Positions 31,609 to 45,086 of a stretch of DNA of 64,000 nucleotides are shown in pieces. Numbering within the stretch: position 1 is the first letter of the stretch; each line of letters begins with the position of its first letter. The notes beneath the pieces are model-generated. The model worked only from the letters and a program-made list of their open reading frames with translations. It was not told the DNA's origin and made no database searches. The DNA is from Alphaproteobacteria bacterium (lineage in GTDB: Bacteria > Pseudomonadota > Alphaproteobacteria > GCA-2731375). A program made the translations under genes and the position numbers. The stretch spans positions 6,400,001 through 6,464,000 of the forward strand of contig CBDDPY010000002.1 in NCBI GenBank assembly GCA_965232515.1, in the 5' to 3' direction.

Positions 31609-31790
31609 CGAAGGTCGCACGGCTTCTCCATGAGGCAATTTTTCGTTATTGCCATAATTCGCGCACATTTTTCGGCCACATCACGACGACTGGAGCTATG
31701 CTTGAAAGGCTCCGGTCTTGGGACTAATTGTGTTGGCGAACGGCGGCGTCCGATGAGACGCGCCGGTCATCGTCGTCAAGGAGAAATCTC

Positions 31791-33302
31791 GTGAGAGAGA
31801 TAAGCACGAAGCAACGGGGTTTTAACCGGGCCGCCGCCCGGCAGCGGGTGGTCGATTGGCGCTGGCATTCGACGCTGGTCCTCGTCGCGGCGTGTATCTT
31901 CGCGATGTTGACCGCGTCGGCATTCGCGCGTTCGGCGCCGGAAAGTTTCGCCGATCTCGCGGCCGAGCTGTCGCCGGCGGTGGTGAATATCTCGACCACG
32001 CAGAAGGTGGCGACCGGCCAGGGGCGGATGGAGTTCCAGTTCCCGCCCGGCTCTCCCTTCGAGGAGTTTTTCAAGGAGTTCTTCGACCGCAATCAGCAAG
32101 GCGACCGCAACCGTCCGACGCGGCGGGTAACCTCGCTCGGTTCGGGCTTCGTGATCGATTCCGCCGGTCTGGTCGTGACCAACAACCACGTCATTGCCGA
32201 GGCCGACGAGATCGCGGTGACGTTCGCGGACGGCCGTAAGCTTGAAGCGACGGTGGTCGGCAAGGACCCCAAAACCGATCTGGCGCTGCTGCGAATCGAG
32301 CCCGATCAGGAACTGGTTTCGGTGCCATGGGGTGATTCCGGCGATTCCCGGGTGGGTGACTGGGTCGTTGCCATCGGCAATCCGTTCGGCCTGGGCGGCA
32401 GTGTCACGGCGGGCATCATTTCGGCCATCAGCCGCGATATCAACGCCGGCCCGTACGACGATTTCATCCAGACCGATGCCTCGATCAACCGAGGCAACTC
32501 CGGCGGACCGCTGTTCAACATGGAAGGCGAGGTTATCGGCATCAATACCGCCATCTTCTCGCCCTCGGGCGGCAGCGTCGGTATCGGTTTCGCGGTGCCG
32601 TCGGCGATCGCCAAGAACGTCATCCTGCAGCTCGAGAAGTACGGCAAGACACGTCGAGGCTGGCTGGGCGTACGCATCCAGACCGTCACCGACGAGATCG
32701 CCGAGGGGCTTGGCCTCGATCGTCCTCGCGGCGCGTTGGTAGCCGGCCTGACGGAAGGCGGTCCGGCGGAGCAGTTCGGCCTGCGGCAGCGGGACGTGAT
32801 CTTGAAGTTCGACAACAGGCCAATCGAAGAAATGCGCGAGCTGCCGCGCATTGTCGCCGATACCGAAATCGGCAAGCCGGTACCGGTCGAGATCTGGCGC
32901 GACGGTCAGTTCCAGACATTGCAGGTCGAAATCGGCGAGCTTGACGAGACCGAGGCGCAGGTTGCCGCTGTGGATCCGACCAGCCCGGAATCGACCGAGG
33001 AGTTGCAGGCACTCGGCATGACGCTTACCGGCATGAATGACGAGGTGCGCACCCGTTTCGAGATCGGGGAGGAGGCGCTCGGCGTCGTCGTGACCGATGT
33101 CACGACCGAAAGCCCGGCAGCCGAGAAGGGCATTCGCCCCGGCGACATCATTGTCGAGGTCGCTGACGAGGAAGTGACCTCGCCCGATCAGGTGGTCAGC
33201 AAGATCACCCAGCTACGGCAGGCCAAGCGCAAGATCGTGCTGTTCCTGCTGGAGCGGGGTGGCGACCGGCGTTACGTGCCGGTGCGGCTGGACGAGAGCT
33301 GA
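31791..33302 (+). CDS. degP: DegP/Do (HtrA) serine endoprotease with two PDZ domains
   Basis: TNNHV, DLA, GNSGGPL catalytic triad; AAGGAG before GTG 31791. Confidence 0.94.
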   Translation: MREISTKQRGFNRAAARQRVVDWRWHSTLVLVAACIFAMLTASAFARSAPESFADLAAELSPAVVNISTTQKVATGQGRMEFQFPPGSPFEEFFKEFFDRNQQGDRNRPTRRVTSLGSGFVIDSAGLVVTNNHVIAEADEIAVTFADGRKLEATVVGKDPKTDLALLRIEPDQELVSVPWGDSGDSRVGDWVVAIGNPFGLGGSVTAGIISAISRDINAGPYDDFIQTDASINRGNSGGPLFNMEGEVIGINTAIFSPSGGSVGIGFAVPSAIAKNVILQLEKYGKTRRGWLGVRIQTVTDEIAEGLGLDRPRGALVAGLTEGGPAEQFGLRQRDVILKFDNRPIEEMRELPRIVADTEIGKPVPVEIWRDGQFQTLQVEIGELDETEAQVAAVDPTSPESTEELQALGMTLTGMNDEVRTRFEIGEEALGVVVTDVTTESPAAEKGIRPGDIIVEVADEEVTSPDQVVSKITQLRQAKRKIVLFLLERGGDRRYVPVRLDES

Positions 33303-33350
33303 ACGCCGAAACCGACATATCCAAGGCGCGATGCCGTTGGCTCCGTCGTA

Positions 33351-34226
33351 TCAGTGCTTGAGCTCGTCGGCCCGATAGCCCTGCATATAGAGCAGGGCCG
33401 TCAGGTCGTTGTGATCGACCCGGGCGCGTGCCGCGTCGGCCAGCACCGGCTTGGCCCGGTAGGCGATGCCGAGGCCAGCGGCCTCGATCATCTGCCGGTC
33501 GTTCGCGCCGTCGCCAACGGCGAGCGTCGTCCCGGGTTCCAGGCCATTTCGGTTGATCAGACTATGTAGCGCGGCCAGCTTCGCCGAAGAATCCAGGATC
33601 GGCGCTTCGACTTCGCCGGTCAGCACGCCGTCTGCGACGACGAGGCGGTTGGCCTGATCCTCGTGAAATCCGGCCTCGGCGCGTACCCGCCCCGTGAAAT
33701 AGGTGAATCCGCCTGAAACCAGAGCGGTGTGCGCGCCATGGTGCCGCATGGTCTGCACCAGCGTGCGTGCGCCGGGCGACAACCGCACGCGCTCCGTATA
33801 GCAGCGCGCCAGATCCTCGGTCGGCAGCCCGGCCAGCATCGCCGCCCGGCGCCGCAATGCGTCCGCGAAGTCGATCTCGCCGCGCATGGCGGTTTCGGTG
33901 ATCGCGGCCACCTCGGCCTTGCGTCCGATCATGTCGGCCAATTCGTCGATGCACTCGACGGTGATGATGGTCGAATCCATGTCGGCGATCAGGAGCCGCC
34001 GGCGGCGGCCGGCGGCCGGTTGCGCGATCAGGTCGACCGGTGCATCGGCCAGCGCCTCGCGCGCCGTCTTTTCATGCGCGGCGGCATCGCCACCGTCGAT
34101 CGGCAGGTCGCAAGCCGTGTCGGCGGCCAGCCAGTCCGGTTCGCCGGCCTCCGGCAGCGCGGCGCGCACCGCCGCGACCTGGTCTCGGGTTAGCGGATTG
34201 CCAATCAAGGTGAGCATGTATTTCAT
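33351..34226 (-). CDS. serB: Phosphoserine phosphatase
   Basis: DMDST, VSGGF, GDGAND. Confidence 0.95.
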   Translation of the reverse strand: MKYMLTLIGNPLTRDQVAAVRAALPEAGEPDWLAADTACDLPIDGGDAAAHEKTAREALADAPVDLIAQPAAGRRRRLLIADMDSTIITVECIDELADMIGRKAEVAAITETAMRGEIDFADALRRRAAMLAGLPTEDLARCYTERVRLSPGARTLVQTMRHHGAHTALVSGGFTYFTGRVRAEAGFHEDQANRLVVADGVLTGEVEAPILDSSAKLAALHSLINRNGLEPGTTLAVGDGANDRQMIEAAGLGIAYRAKPVLADAARARVDHNDLTALLYMQGYRADELKH

Positions 34227-34246
34227 GGCGGCCTGACGTTCGGAGC

Positions 34247-35197
34247 GTGCGGATGAACAAAGGGGCGATCCTGATAGCCGGCCCGACGGCCAGTGGCAAG
34301 TCGGCCTTGGCGCTGCGCCTGGCCGAAGCGGTCGGCGGCGCGGTGATCAATGCCGACAGCATGCAGGTCTATCGCGAGCTCCGCATCCTGACGGCCCGTC
34401 CGACGCCGGCCGACGAGGCCCGTGCGCCCCATATGCTCTACGGCGTTCTGCCGGCGTCCGAGGCGTGCTCGGCCGGCCGCTGGCTGGATCTGGCGCGGGA
34501 TGCGATTGCTGCGGCACGCGCATCGGGTCAGGTGCCGATCGTCGTCGGCGGCACCGGGCTCTACTTCCTGGCGCTGACGGAAGGCCTGGCGCCGATCCCG
34601 GCAATACCAGCCGATGTCAGGTCGGCGGCCCGGCGGTTGCACGCCGAACTCGGCGGTCCGGCCTTCCACGCCAGGCTGGCGTCGCGAGATCCCGTCATGG
34701 CGTCGCGGTTGCGGCCGAGCGATCCCCAACGGTTGATCCGTGCCTACGAGGTGATCGAGGCGACCGGCCAGTCCCTTGCCGATTGGCAGGGTCGGCCGTC
34801 GGCGCCACCCGTTCTCGGCCAACCCTGGCATGGAGTGTTGCTGGAGCCGCCACGGTCTTTGATCTACCGCCGCTGCGACCGGCGTCTGGAGGCCATGCTC
34901 GCCGAGGGCGCGTTGGACGAGGTGCGTGCGTTTGCCGCGTTGGAGTTGGATCCCGCGCTGCCCGCCATGAAGGCGGTTGGCGTCCCCCCGCTGATCAGCC
35001 ACATCAGGGGTGAAATTTCGGAGGCAGCCGCTCTTGCCGCGGCGCAAACGGCGACACGGCGATATGCCAAGCGGCAGTACACCTGGCTCAGACACAAGAT
35101 GCTTTCGTGGCAACGGTATTCAACGAAAGATTCAGAAAGTTTTTTCGAAAAAATCTTTCCAATAATAAGTCAATTTCTGTTGACCGCCGCCGACTGA
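34247..35197 (+). CDS. miaA: tRNA dimethylallyltransferase
   Basis: GPTASGKS, DSMQVY, GGTGLY, YAKRQYTW. Confidence 0.96.
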   Translation: MRMNKGAILIAGPTASGKSALALRLAEAVGGAVINADSMQVYRELRILTARPTPADEARAPHMLYGVLPASEACSAGRWLDLARDAIAAARASGQVPIVVGGTGLYFLALTEGLAPIPAIPADVRSAARRLHAELGGPAFHARLASRDPVMASRLRPSDPQRLIRAYEVIEATGQSLADWQGRPSAPPVLGQPWHGVLLEPPRSLIYRRCDRRLEAMLAEGALDEVRAFAALELDPALPAMKAVGVPPLISHIRGEISEAAALAAAQTATRRYAKRQYTWLRHKMLSWQRYSTKDSESFFEKIFPIISQFLLTAAD

Positions 35198-35208
35198 GCG
35201 CCTATGTT
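35180..35208 (+). promoter_or_regulatory. Sigma70-like promoter for the ilv operon, overlapping the miaA end
   Basis: TTGACC-N17-TATGTT preceded by an AT-rich tract. Confidence 0.55.
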
Positions 35209-35457
35209 GCGCTCATTCGGACCGGTCGGGAGCCGGCCGATGTTGCAGCGCCGAAAAGCGCAGAAAGAGACGTTCGACCGCTCAGTGTCGCAAGCGCTGG
35301 GCGGTTTCGTTACGATGGGCCTGCGATCGTGCAGGTAAGGATGGATGTGGCTGACGCCGGCCGCCGATGGAAATGCGGTGCGGCGGCTTTAGTGGGCGCG
35401 AGAGGAGATTGGCGCGGGTGCGCCGATCGGTGACGCCCGATACTTGGGAGAGGAGAG

Positions 35458-37251
35458 ATGACGGAAGTTCAGACGACCGGGTCGGACATCGCCACGCGGC
35501 AGATGACCGGAGCGGAGATGGTCGTAAAGGCTCTGATTGATCAGGGCGTCGACGTAATCTTCGGCTATCCCGGCGGCGCGGTACTTCCGATCTACGATGC
35601 GCTCTTCCAGCAGAACAAGATCCGGCATGTCCTGGTGCGGCAGGAAGGCGGCGCGGTGCACGCTGCCGAGGGCTATGCCCGCTCGACCGGCAAGCCCGGA
35701 GTCGTCCTGGTGACCTCGGGTCCCGGCGCCACGAACGCGGTGACCGGCCTGACCGATGCGATGATGGACTCGATCCCCGTCGTCTGCCTGACCGGTCAAG
35801 TGGCGACGCACATGATCGGCAACGACGCCTTTCAGGAGGCGGACACCGTCGGCATTACGCGGCCCTGCACCAAGCACAATTACCTGGTGAAGCGGACCGA
35901 CGATCTGGCGAGAGTCATGCACGAGGCGTTCTATGTCGCGACGCACGGCCGGCCCGGACCGGTGGTGATCGACCTGCCGAAGGATGTCTGCATTGCCAGC
36001 GGCAGCTATGTCGATCCCGACAACGTGGCGCACAAGACCTACCGTCCGCAGACCAAGGCGGACGAAGGCAGCCTGCGGCGCGCCGTCGACATGATCGCCA
36101 AGGCGAAGCGGCCGGTTTTCTATACCGGCGGCGGCGTGATCAATTCCGGGCCGCGCGCCTCGGCGCTGCTGCGCGAATTCGTGCAGATGACCGGCTATCC
36201 GATCACCAACACGCTGATGGGGCTCGGCGCCTATCCGGCCTCCGACGGTCAGTTCCTCGGCATGCTGGGCATGCATGGCACTTACGAGGCGAACCTCGCC
36301 ATGCATGGCTGCGACGTCATGGTCTGCATCGGCGCCCGGTTCGACGACCGGATTACCGGCCGTCTCGACGCCTTCAGCCCGAATTCGCAGAAGATCCATA
36401 TCGACATCGATCCGTCGTCGATCAACAAGAATATTCGGGTCGATCTGCCGATCATCGGCGATTGCGGTGCCGTGCTCGAAGACATGATCGCGCTGTGGCG
36501 GGCCGAGAGCCGGGAGCCGGACGCTCAGGCCCTCAAGGCCTGGTGGGAGCAGATCGAGGCTTGGCGTGCCCGCAACTGTCTGCATTTCGAGCAGTCCGGC
36601 GACACCATCAAGCCACAATACGCGATCCAGCGTCTCTACGAGATGACCAAGGACCGCGATACCTACATCACCACCGAGGTCGGTCAGCATCAGATGTGGG
36701 CGGCGCAGTTCTATCGCTTCGAGGAGCCGAACCGCTGGATGACCTCGGGCGGTCTCGGCACCATGGGCTATGGCCTGCCGGCGGCGATCGGCGTGCAGAT
36801 GGCGCATCCGCGGTCCCTGGTGGTCGATATCGCCGGCGAAGCCTCGATCCTGATGAATATCCAGGAGATGTCGACGGCCAAGCAGTTCGGCCTGCCGGTG
36901 AAGATCTTCATCCTGAACAACCAATGGATGGGCATGGTTCGGCAGTGGCAGGAGCTGCTGCATGGCGAGCGCTACTCCGAGAGCTATACCGCGGCCCTAC
37001 CGGACTTCGTCAAGCTGGCCGAGAGCTTCGGCGCCGTCGGCCTGCGGGCCGAACGCGCGGATCAGCTCGATGACGTGATCGCGACGATGATCGACACCCC
37101 CAGCGCGGTAATCGCCGACATCTGCGTCGAGCAGATGGAGAACTGCTTCCCGATGGTGCCTTCCGGTGCGGCGCATAACGAGATGATCCTGGGCGACCAG
37201 AGCGACCGGGATCAGCCACGGGTCACCGACGCCGGCCTGGCGCTGGTGTAG
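35458..37251 (+). CDS. ilvI: Acetolactate synthase large subunit (biosynthetic)
   Basis: FGYPGGA, SGPGATN, MLGMHG, WMGMVRQWQ; followed by the small subunit. Confidence 0.95.
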   Translation: MTEVQTTGSDIATRQMTGAEMVVKALIDQGVDVIFGYPGGAVLPIYDALFQQNKIRHVLVRQEGGAVHAAEGYARSTGKPGVVLVTSGPGATNAVTGLTDAMMDSIPVVCLTGQVATHMIGNDAFQEADTVGITRPCTKHNYLVKRTDDLARVMHEAFYVATHGRPGPVVIDLPKDVCIASGSYVDPDNVAHKTYRPQTKADEGSLRRAVDMIAKAKRPVFYTGGGVINSGPRASALLREFVQMTGYPITNTLMGLGAYPASDGQFLGMLGMHGTYEANLAMHGCDVMVCIGARFDDRITGRLDAFSPNSQKIHIDIDPSSINKNIRVDLPIIGDCGAVLEDMIALWRAESREPDAQALKAWWEQIEAWRARNCLHFEQSGDTIKPQYAIQRLYEMTKDRDTYITTEVGQHQMWAAQFYRFEEPNRWMTSGGLGTMGYGLPAAIGVQMAHPRSLVVDIAGEASILMNIQEMSTAKQFGLPVKIFILNNQWMGMVRQWQELLHGERYSESYTAALPDFVKLAESFGAVGLRAERADQLDDVIATMIDTPSAVIADICVEQMENCFPMVPSGAAHNEMILGDQSDRDQPRVTDAGLALV

Positions 37252-37361
37252 GGCTGCCGGCCGGCCCTACCCATGCGGCGGGGCAAGGCAATCGGGCATA
37301 TGAACGAACAACGCGGAGCGCCCACCCTTGGCGGGCGCCCTACCAGCAGGGATGAAAACCC

Positions 37362-38985
<1,624 letters not shown>

Positions 38986-39170
38986 GCGCGCCGGCCGCCA
39001 ATGCCTCCCTCGCCATCGCCGGGCCGTGGTAACGGTTCGGCGACGGCGGCGGGGCGCCGTCCCGGTCATCACGACCGTCGCCGCGGCGACCGAATCGGCC
39101 CGCGGACCGCATATCGGTCCGGCGCCGTCGGCCAATTTTTTTGCGCCACATCACAGTTTTTGCACCGCCA

Positions 39171-39186
39171 TTAACGGGCAATTAAG
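39171..39186. promoter_or_regulatory. CtrA-like binding site
   Basis: TTAA-cgggcaa-TTAAG (TTAA-N7-TTAA) with further TTAA half-sites to 39201. Confidence 0.55.
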
Positions 39187-39521
39187 ATGGATTAACGTTA
39201 ATAGCGGGGTGTTCCATTATTTGCCCTTGCGGCGGGAGTCGATATCGGCGAAACAATCCGCGGAAATCGGAGGTGAATTCCGGTGCCGACGATGATGCGG
39301 GAGGTGGCCGTTGCGGCCGTCAGGCTTGGACCGGGCGACATCGGGGGGATGTCTGCCATGCGTGCCTGCCCGCAGCTCAAACTCCGCAATCATCGCCAAG
39401 CCGCCGTCAACCGGCGGCACTCGTGTGGAGTAGGTTCGCGTTGATATTCGACGACTGGCGTGGGGCAGTCCGCAGGCGACGGGACATTGCCGCCTGCTTT
39501 TCGGCTTTAATTGGTAACTGA

Positions 39522-40580
<1,059 letters not shown>

Positions 40581-40612
40581 CCGCGCCGGGCTGATCGGAG
40601 GAACAGGTAGCG

Positions 40613-41485
40613 TTGAGGCCACAATACGGTCGAGTATCGCGACTCGCCATGCCGGCCAAGGTGCTGGCCCAACGGTTCGCGCTACTCGCCCTGGCGTCGG
40701 CCGCCGTCGCGCTGCTCATTCTCAGCAAGACCCATAGCGATGCGACCGAACGCATCCGCACCGCCATCGTCGACACGGTGGCGCCGGTTCTCAATGTTCT
40801 GAGCCAGCCGGTGGAGGCCCTGAACCGGGCCGTCGCCGAGTTCGACCGCTTCTGGTTCACCTACACCGAAAACGAACGGCTGCGCACGGAGATCGACCGG
40901 CTGCGCCGCTGGCAGATGGTGGCGCGCGGTCTCGAGCAGCAGAACGCGGCGCTGCGGGCCTTGACCGGATTGCGCGCGGAAGCTCTGCCGTCCTTCATCT
41001 CGGCCCGCGTGATCGGCGATTCCGGCGGGCCCTTCGTGCGCACCATGCTGGTCAATGCCGGCGAACGCAGCGGCGTCGCCAAAGGGCAGGCCGTGGTCAC
41101 CGGTGTCGGTCTCGTTGGCCGCATCGCCGAGGTCGGCGAGCGCTCGGCCCGGCTGTTGCTGCTGATCGACCTGAACAGCCGCGTGCCGGTGGTGATCGAA
41201 TCCTCGCGGCACCGCGCCGTGCTGGCCGGCGACAATTCCGAACGCCCGCGACTGATCTTCCTGCCGCCCAGCGCCCAGGTGTCGCCCGGCGACCGCATCG
41301 TCACGTCGGGCCATGGCGGCGTGTTCCCGGCCGGACTGCCGGTCGGCACCGTGACTGCGGTCAGCGACGGCGATATCCGGGTCCAGCCCTTCGTGGACTG
41401 GGATCGGCTGGAATATGTCAGCGTCGTGCGCTTCGACCTGCCGCGGCTCGATGCCACCAACACCGAGGGGCTGAGGCTGCCGTGA
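40613..41485 (+). CDS. mreC: Rod shape-determining protein MreC
   Basis: TM segment plus coiled coil, GLVGRI, TSGHGGVFPAGLPVG; start uncertain. Confidence 0.94.
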   Translation: MRPQYGRVSRLAMPAKVLAQRFALLALASAAVALLILSKTHSDATERIRTAIVDTVAPVLNVLSQPVEALNRAVAEFDRFWFTYTENERLRTEIDRLRRWQMVARGLEQQNAALRALTGLRAEALPSFISARVIGDSGGPFVRTMLVNAGERSGVAKGQAVVTGVGLVGRIAEVGERSARLLLLIDLNSRVPVVIESSRHRAVLAGDNSERPRLIFLPPSAQVSPGDRIVTSGHGGVFPAGLPVGTVTAVSDGDIRVQPFVDWDRLEYVSVVRFDLPRLDATNTEGLRLP

Positions 41486-41997
41486 ACCCGACACCAATGG
41501 TTCGCGTCAATCAGTTCCTGCGCGGTTCGGTGCCGATGCTGCTGACGCTGCTGTTGGTGCTGCTGGGCAGCCTGCCGTTCGCCCTGCCTTACTTCTCGAT
41601 CCTGTGCCCGTTGTTCGCCGTGATGTCGGTCTACTATTGGAGTATCTACCGGCCGGACTTGATGCCGCTCGGCGCGGCCTTTCTGATCGGCTTCTTCGTC
41701 GACGTGCTGAGCGGCGGACCGATGGGGTTGATGGCGCTGGTGCTGGTGCTGGTGCAGGCCATGGTGGCTTCGCAGCGCCGCGCCTTCCTCGGCAAGTCGT
41801 TCGCCGTCGGCTGGTGGGGCTTCGGTCTGGTGGCCACCGGCGCCGTGCTGCTGAGCTGGCTGATCAGTTCGGTGTTCTTTACCCAGGTTCTGGATCCGCT
41901 GCCGGCCATCGGCCAACTGACCGTCAGCATTGCTGTCTATCCGCTGATGCTTCTGCTGTTCGGCAGCGTTCAGCGCGCCCTGTTGCCGGTGATCTAG
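41482..41997 (+). CDS. mreD: Rod shape-determining protein MreD
   Basis: Hydrophobic, YYWSIYRP, position in operon. Confidence 0.92.
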   Translation: MNPTPMVRVNQFLRGSVPMLLTLLLVLLGSLPFALPYFSILCPLFAVMSVYYWSIYRPDLMPLGAAFLIGFFVDVLSGGPMGLMALVLVLVQAMVASQRRAFLGKSFAVGWWGFGLVATGAVLLSWLISSVFFTQVLDPLPAIGQLTVSIAVYPLMLLLFGSVQRALLPVI

Positions 41998-42006
41998 GCC
42001 GCCGCC

Positions 42007-43893
42007 ATGGAACGCGAGAGCTCCCGCCACAAGCTGTTCTCCCGCCGCGCGGCGTTTCTGGTCGGCGGCAAGCTTGCGCTGCTCGGCGTCATCGGCGGCC
42101 GCATGTATTACCTCCAGGTCCTTGAACGCGACCAGTATCAGATGCTGGCCGAGGAAAACCGGATCAACCTGCGTCTGCTGCCGCCGCCCCGCGGCCGTAT
42201 CCTGGACAGGTTCGGCGAGGAACTGGCCAAGAACCGGCAGAACTTCCGTGTCGTGCTGATCCCCGAACAGACCAACGATGTCGGCAAGACCGTGCAACGG
42301 CTCGGCGAGATCGTCGAGATCCAGGACCACCAGCTGCGCCGCATTGAGCGCGAGCTGAAGCGCCAGCGCCGCTTCATGCCGCTGACGCTTGTCGAGAACC
42401 TGACCTGGGAGCAGTTTGCCAGCGTCAACGTCAAGCTACCTGACCTGCCGGGTGTGCAGCCCGATGTCGGCGAGACCCGCTACTACCCCTTCGGCGACAG
42501 CTTGGCGCACGTGGTCGGCTATGTGTCGGCCGTGTCCGAGAAGGACCTGACTGGTGATCCGTTGCTGGAGCTGCCGGGCTTCCGCATCGGCAAGAACGGC
42601 ATCGAGAAGGTCTACGACGACAGTTTGCGGGGCAAGGCCGGCAACAGCCGCGTCGAGGTGAACGCCTACGGCCGGGTGATCCGCGAGCTGCAGCGTCAGG
42701 ACGGCCAGCCCGGCGACGAACTGGTGCTGACGATCGACGTCGACCTGCAACAGGCCGTCAGCCGCCGGTTGGCCGGCGAGAGCGCGTCTGTTGTGGTCAT
42801 GGACGTGCATAACGGCGAAGTCCTGGCCATGGTGTCCTCGCCGTCCTATGACCCCAACGCCTTCAATCTCGGCTTCAGCGCCAAGAGCTGGAAGGCGCTG
42901 GTCGACAATCCCCGCAATCCGCTGACCAACAAGGCGATCGCCGGCCAATATCCGCCGGGCTCGACGTTTAAAATGCTGGTCGCGTTGGCGGCCCTCGAGT
43001 CCGGCGTGATCACGCCCGAGTACCGGACGTTCTGCAACGGCTCGACCAAGCTGGGACGGCACCGGTTCCACTGCTGGAAGTGGCGCTATGGCGGCCACGG
43101 CTGGAACAACCTTTACGAGGCGATCGAGCAGTCCTGCGACATCTATTTCTACGACATCGCCAAAAAGGTCGGTGTCGAACAGATCGCCGAGATGGCGCGC
43201 AAGTTCGGTCTTGGCGACAGACTCGATGTCGATCTCGTCGGTCAACGCGCCGGTCTGGTGCCGGACAAGGCCTGGAAGCTGGCCACCACCGGTGTGCCAT
43301 GGCAGACCGGCGAAACGCTTATCACCGGCATCGGCCAGGGCTATCTGCTGACCACCCCATTGCAGCTCGCGGTGATGACGGCCCGCCTCGCCAACGGCGG
43401 GTTTGCCGTTCAGCCGCGGCTTGTGCGCGACAAGGCCACGGTCAGCACCGGCGAGTTCGCGGAGCCGCCGAATTCGCCGCCGTCGTTGGGGATCTCGTCT
43501 GGATCGCTCAACGCCGTGCTCAAGGGCATGCGGATGGTGGTTCACGGCCGGCACGGCACGGCGCGCAAGGCGCGTCTTGAGATGGACGTGAAGATGGCCG
43601 GCAAGACCGGCACGGCGCAGGTCCGGCGCATTACCAAGGCGGAGCGCGCCAGCGGCGTGAGGAAAGCCGAAGAGAAGCCCTGGGAAGAACGCGCCCATGG
43701 CCTGTTCGTGGCCTATGCGCCGGCCGATCGGCCGCGCTATGCGCTGTCGCTGGTCATCGAGCATGGCGGCTCCGGCGCCAAGGCCGCGCTCGTGGCGAGG
43801 GACATCATGACCGAGGTGCTGGAGCGCGATCCGCTCCGCCGGCCGGCCATCGGCAAGCTGGCCGCCCGACGCCCCACGGACGGGCAGGGCTAG
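42007..43893 (+). CDS. mrdA: Penicillin-binding protein 2
   Basis: STFK, SCD and KTG motifs. Confidence 0.96.
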   Translation: MERESSRHKLFSRRAAFLVGGKLALLGVIGGRMYYLQVLERDQYQMLAEENRINLRLLPPPRGRILDRFGEELAKNRQNFRVVLIPEQTNDVGKTVQRLGEIVEIQDHQLRRIERELKRQRRFMPLTLVENLTWEQFASVNVKLPDLPGVQPDVGETRYYPFGDSLAHVVGYVSAVSEKDLTGDPLLELPGFRIGKNGIEKVYDDSLRGKAGNSRVEVNAYGRVIRELQRQDGQPGDELVLTIDVDLQQAVSRRLAGESASVVVMDVHNGEVLAMVSSPSYDPNAFNLGFSAKSWKALVDNPRNPLTNKAIAGQYPPGSTFKMLVALAALESGVITPEYRTFCNGSTKLGRHRFHCWKWRYGGHGWNNLYEAIEQSCDIYFYDIAKKVGVEQIAEMARKFGLGDRLDVDLVGQRAGLVPDKAWKLATTGVPWQTGETLITGIGQGYLLTTPLQLAVMTARLANGGFAVQPRLVRDKATVSTGEFAEPPNSPPSLGISSGSLNAVLKGMRMVVHGRHGTARKARLEMDVKMAGKTGTAQVRRITKAERASGVRKAEEKPWEERAHGLFVAYAPADRPRYALSLVIEHGGSGAKAALVARDIMTEVLERDPLRRPAIGKLAARRPTDGQG

Positions 43894-43896
43894 GCG

Positions 43897-45039
43897 ATGG
43901 CGCTCGGCAACACCTTCGGCGGACCGCCGGAAATGACTATCGCGCAGAAGCTGCGCGACGTGAACTGGTTGCTGGTGCTGCTGATCATCGCCGTCGCAAG
44001 CGTCGGCTTCGCCATGCTCTATTCCGCCGCCAACGGCAGCTTCAATCCCTGGGCCTCTCGGCAGATGGCGCGGTTCGGCGCCGGTATGGTGGCGATGCTG
44101 ATTATCGCCGTGACCGACATCCGGATCTGGCTGCGCTACGCCTATGTGATCTATGGCCTCGGTTTGGTCCTGCTGGTCGCTGTCGAGATGATGGGCTTCG
44201 TCGGCATGGGCGCACAGCGTTGGGTCGATCTCGGCTTCTTCCAGCTACAGCCGTCCGAGGTCATGAAGATCGCCCTGGTGCTGGCGCTGGCGCGCTACTT
44301 CCACGGCATCGCCATGGAGGATATCGGCCGGCTGCACTTGCTGATCGTGCCCCTGTTGATGATCATCGTGCCGGTGACGCTGGTGATCCGGCAGCCGGAC
44401 CTGGGCACCGCGATCCTGATGATGATGGTGGGCGCTGCCGTCTTGTTTGTTGCCGGCGTGCGCCTCTGGAAGTTTGCCCTCGGCATCTGCGGCGCCGTTG
44501 CCGCCGTGCCGATCGGCTGGCAGTTCCTGCGCGACTACCAGAAGGAGCGCATCTTCACCTTCCTCAATCCGGAGCGCGACCCGCTCGGCGCCGGCTATCA
44601 CATCACGCAATCGAAGATCGCGCTCGGCTCCGGCGGCATCTCCGGCAAGGGCTTCATGCAGGGCACCCAGAGCCACCTGAACTTCCTGCCCGAGCGCCAG
44701 ACCGACTTCATCTTCACCATGCTGGCCGAGGAGTTCGGCCTGATCGGCTGCCTCGGCCTGATCGGGCTCTATGTCTGCATCCTGGCCTATGGCGTCGGCA
44801 TCGCCGTGCGCAGCCGCAACCAGTTCGGCCGCCTCATGGCCATGGGTCTGACCACGACGTTCTTCCTCTATGTGTTCATCAATATCGCCATGGTCACCGG
44901 CTTGATCCCGGTGGTGGGCGTGCCGCTGCCGCTGGTCTCCTACGGCGGCACGGCGATGATGACGCTGCTGATCAGCTTCGGTTTTCTGATCAGCGTCTAC
45001 GTCCACCGGGATCTGGTCATTCCCAGACGTCCGGTCTAA
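43897..45039 (+). CDS. rodA: SEDS peptidoglycan glycosyltransferase RodA
   Basis: GAQRW, QPSE, QPDLGT, PERQTDFIF, LPLVSYGG. Confidence 0.96.
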   Translation: MALGNTFGGPPEMTIAQKLRDVNWLLVLLIIAVASVGFAMLYSAANGSFNPWASRQMARFGAGMVAMLIIAVTDIRIWLRYAYVIYGLGLVLLVAVEMMGFVGMGAQRWVDLGFFQLQPSEVMKIALVLALARYFHGIAMEDIGRLHLLIVPLLMIIVPVTLVIRQPDLGTAILMMMVGAAVLFVAGVRLWKFALGICGAVAAVPIGWQFLRDYQKERIFTFLNPERDPLGAGYHITQSKIALGSGGISGKGFMQGTQSHLNFLPERQTDFIFTMLAEEFGLIGCLGLIGLYVCILAYGVGIAVRSRNQFGRLMAMGLTTTFFLYVFINIAMVTGLIPVVGVPLPLVSYGGTAMMTLLISFGFLISVYVHRDLVIPRRPV

Positions 45040-45045
45040 CGCCGC

Positions 45046-45072
45046 CGGGCGGCCCGGAACAGGGGCCGCCCG
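45046..45072. terminator. GC-rich hairpin between convergent genes
   Basis: CGGGCGGCCC-N7-GGGCCGCCCG; no clear U-tract. Confidence 0.45.
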
Positions 45073-45086
45073 CCGGTTCGTTCCGA

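Noticed and set aside
35204-35457. ilv leader-peptide attenuator
   Set aside because: The short ORFs lack Ile/Leu/Val runs and no terminator with a U-tract is visible.
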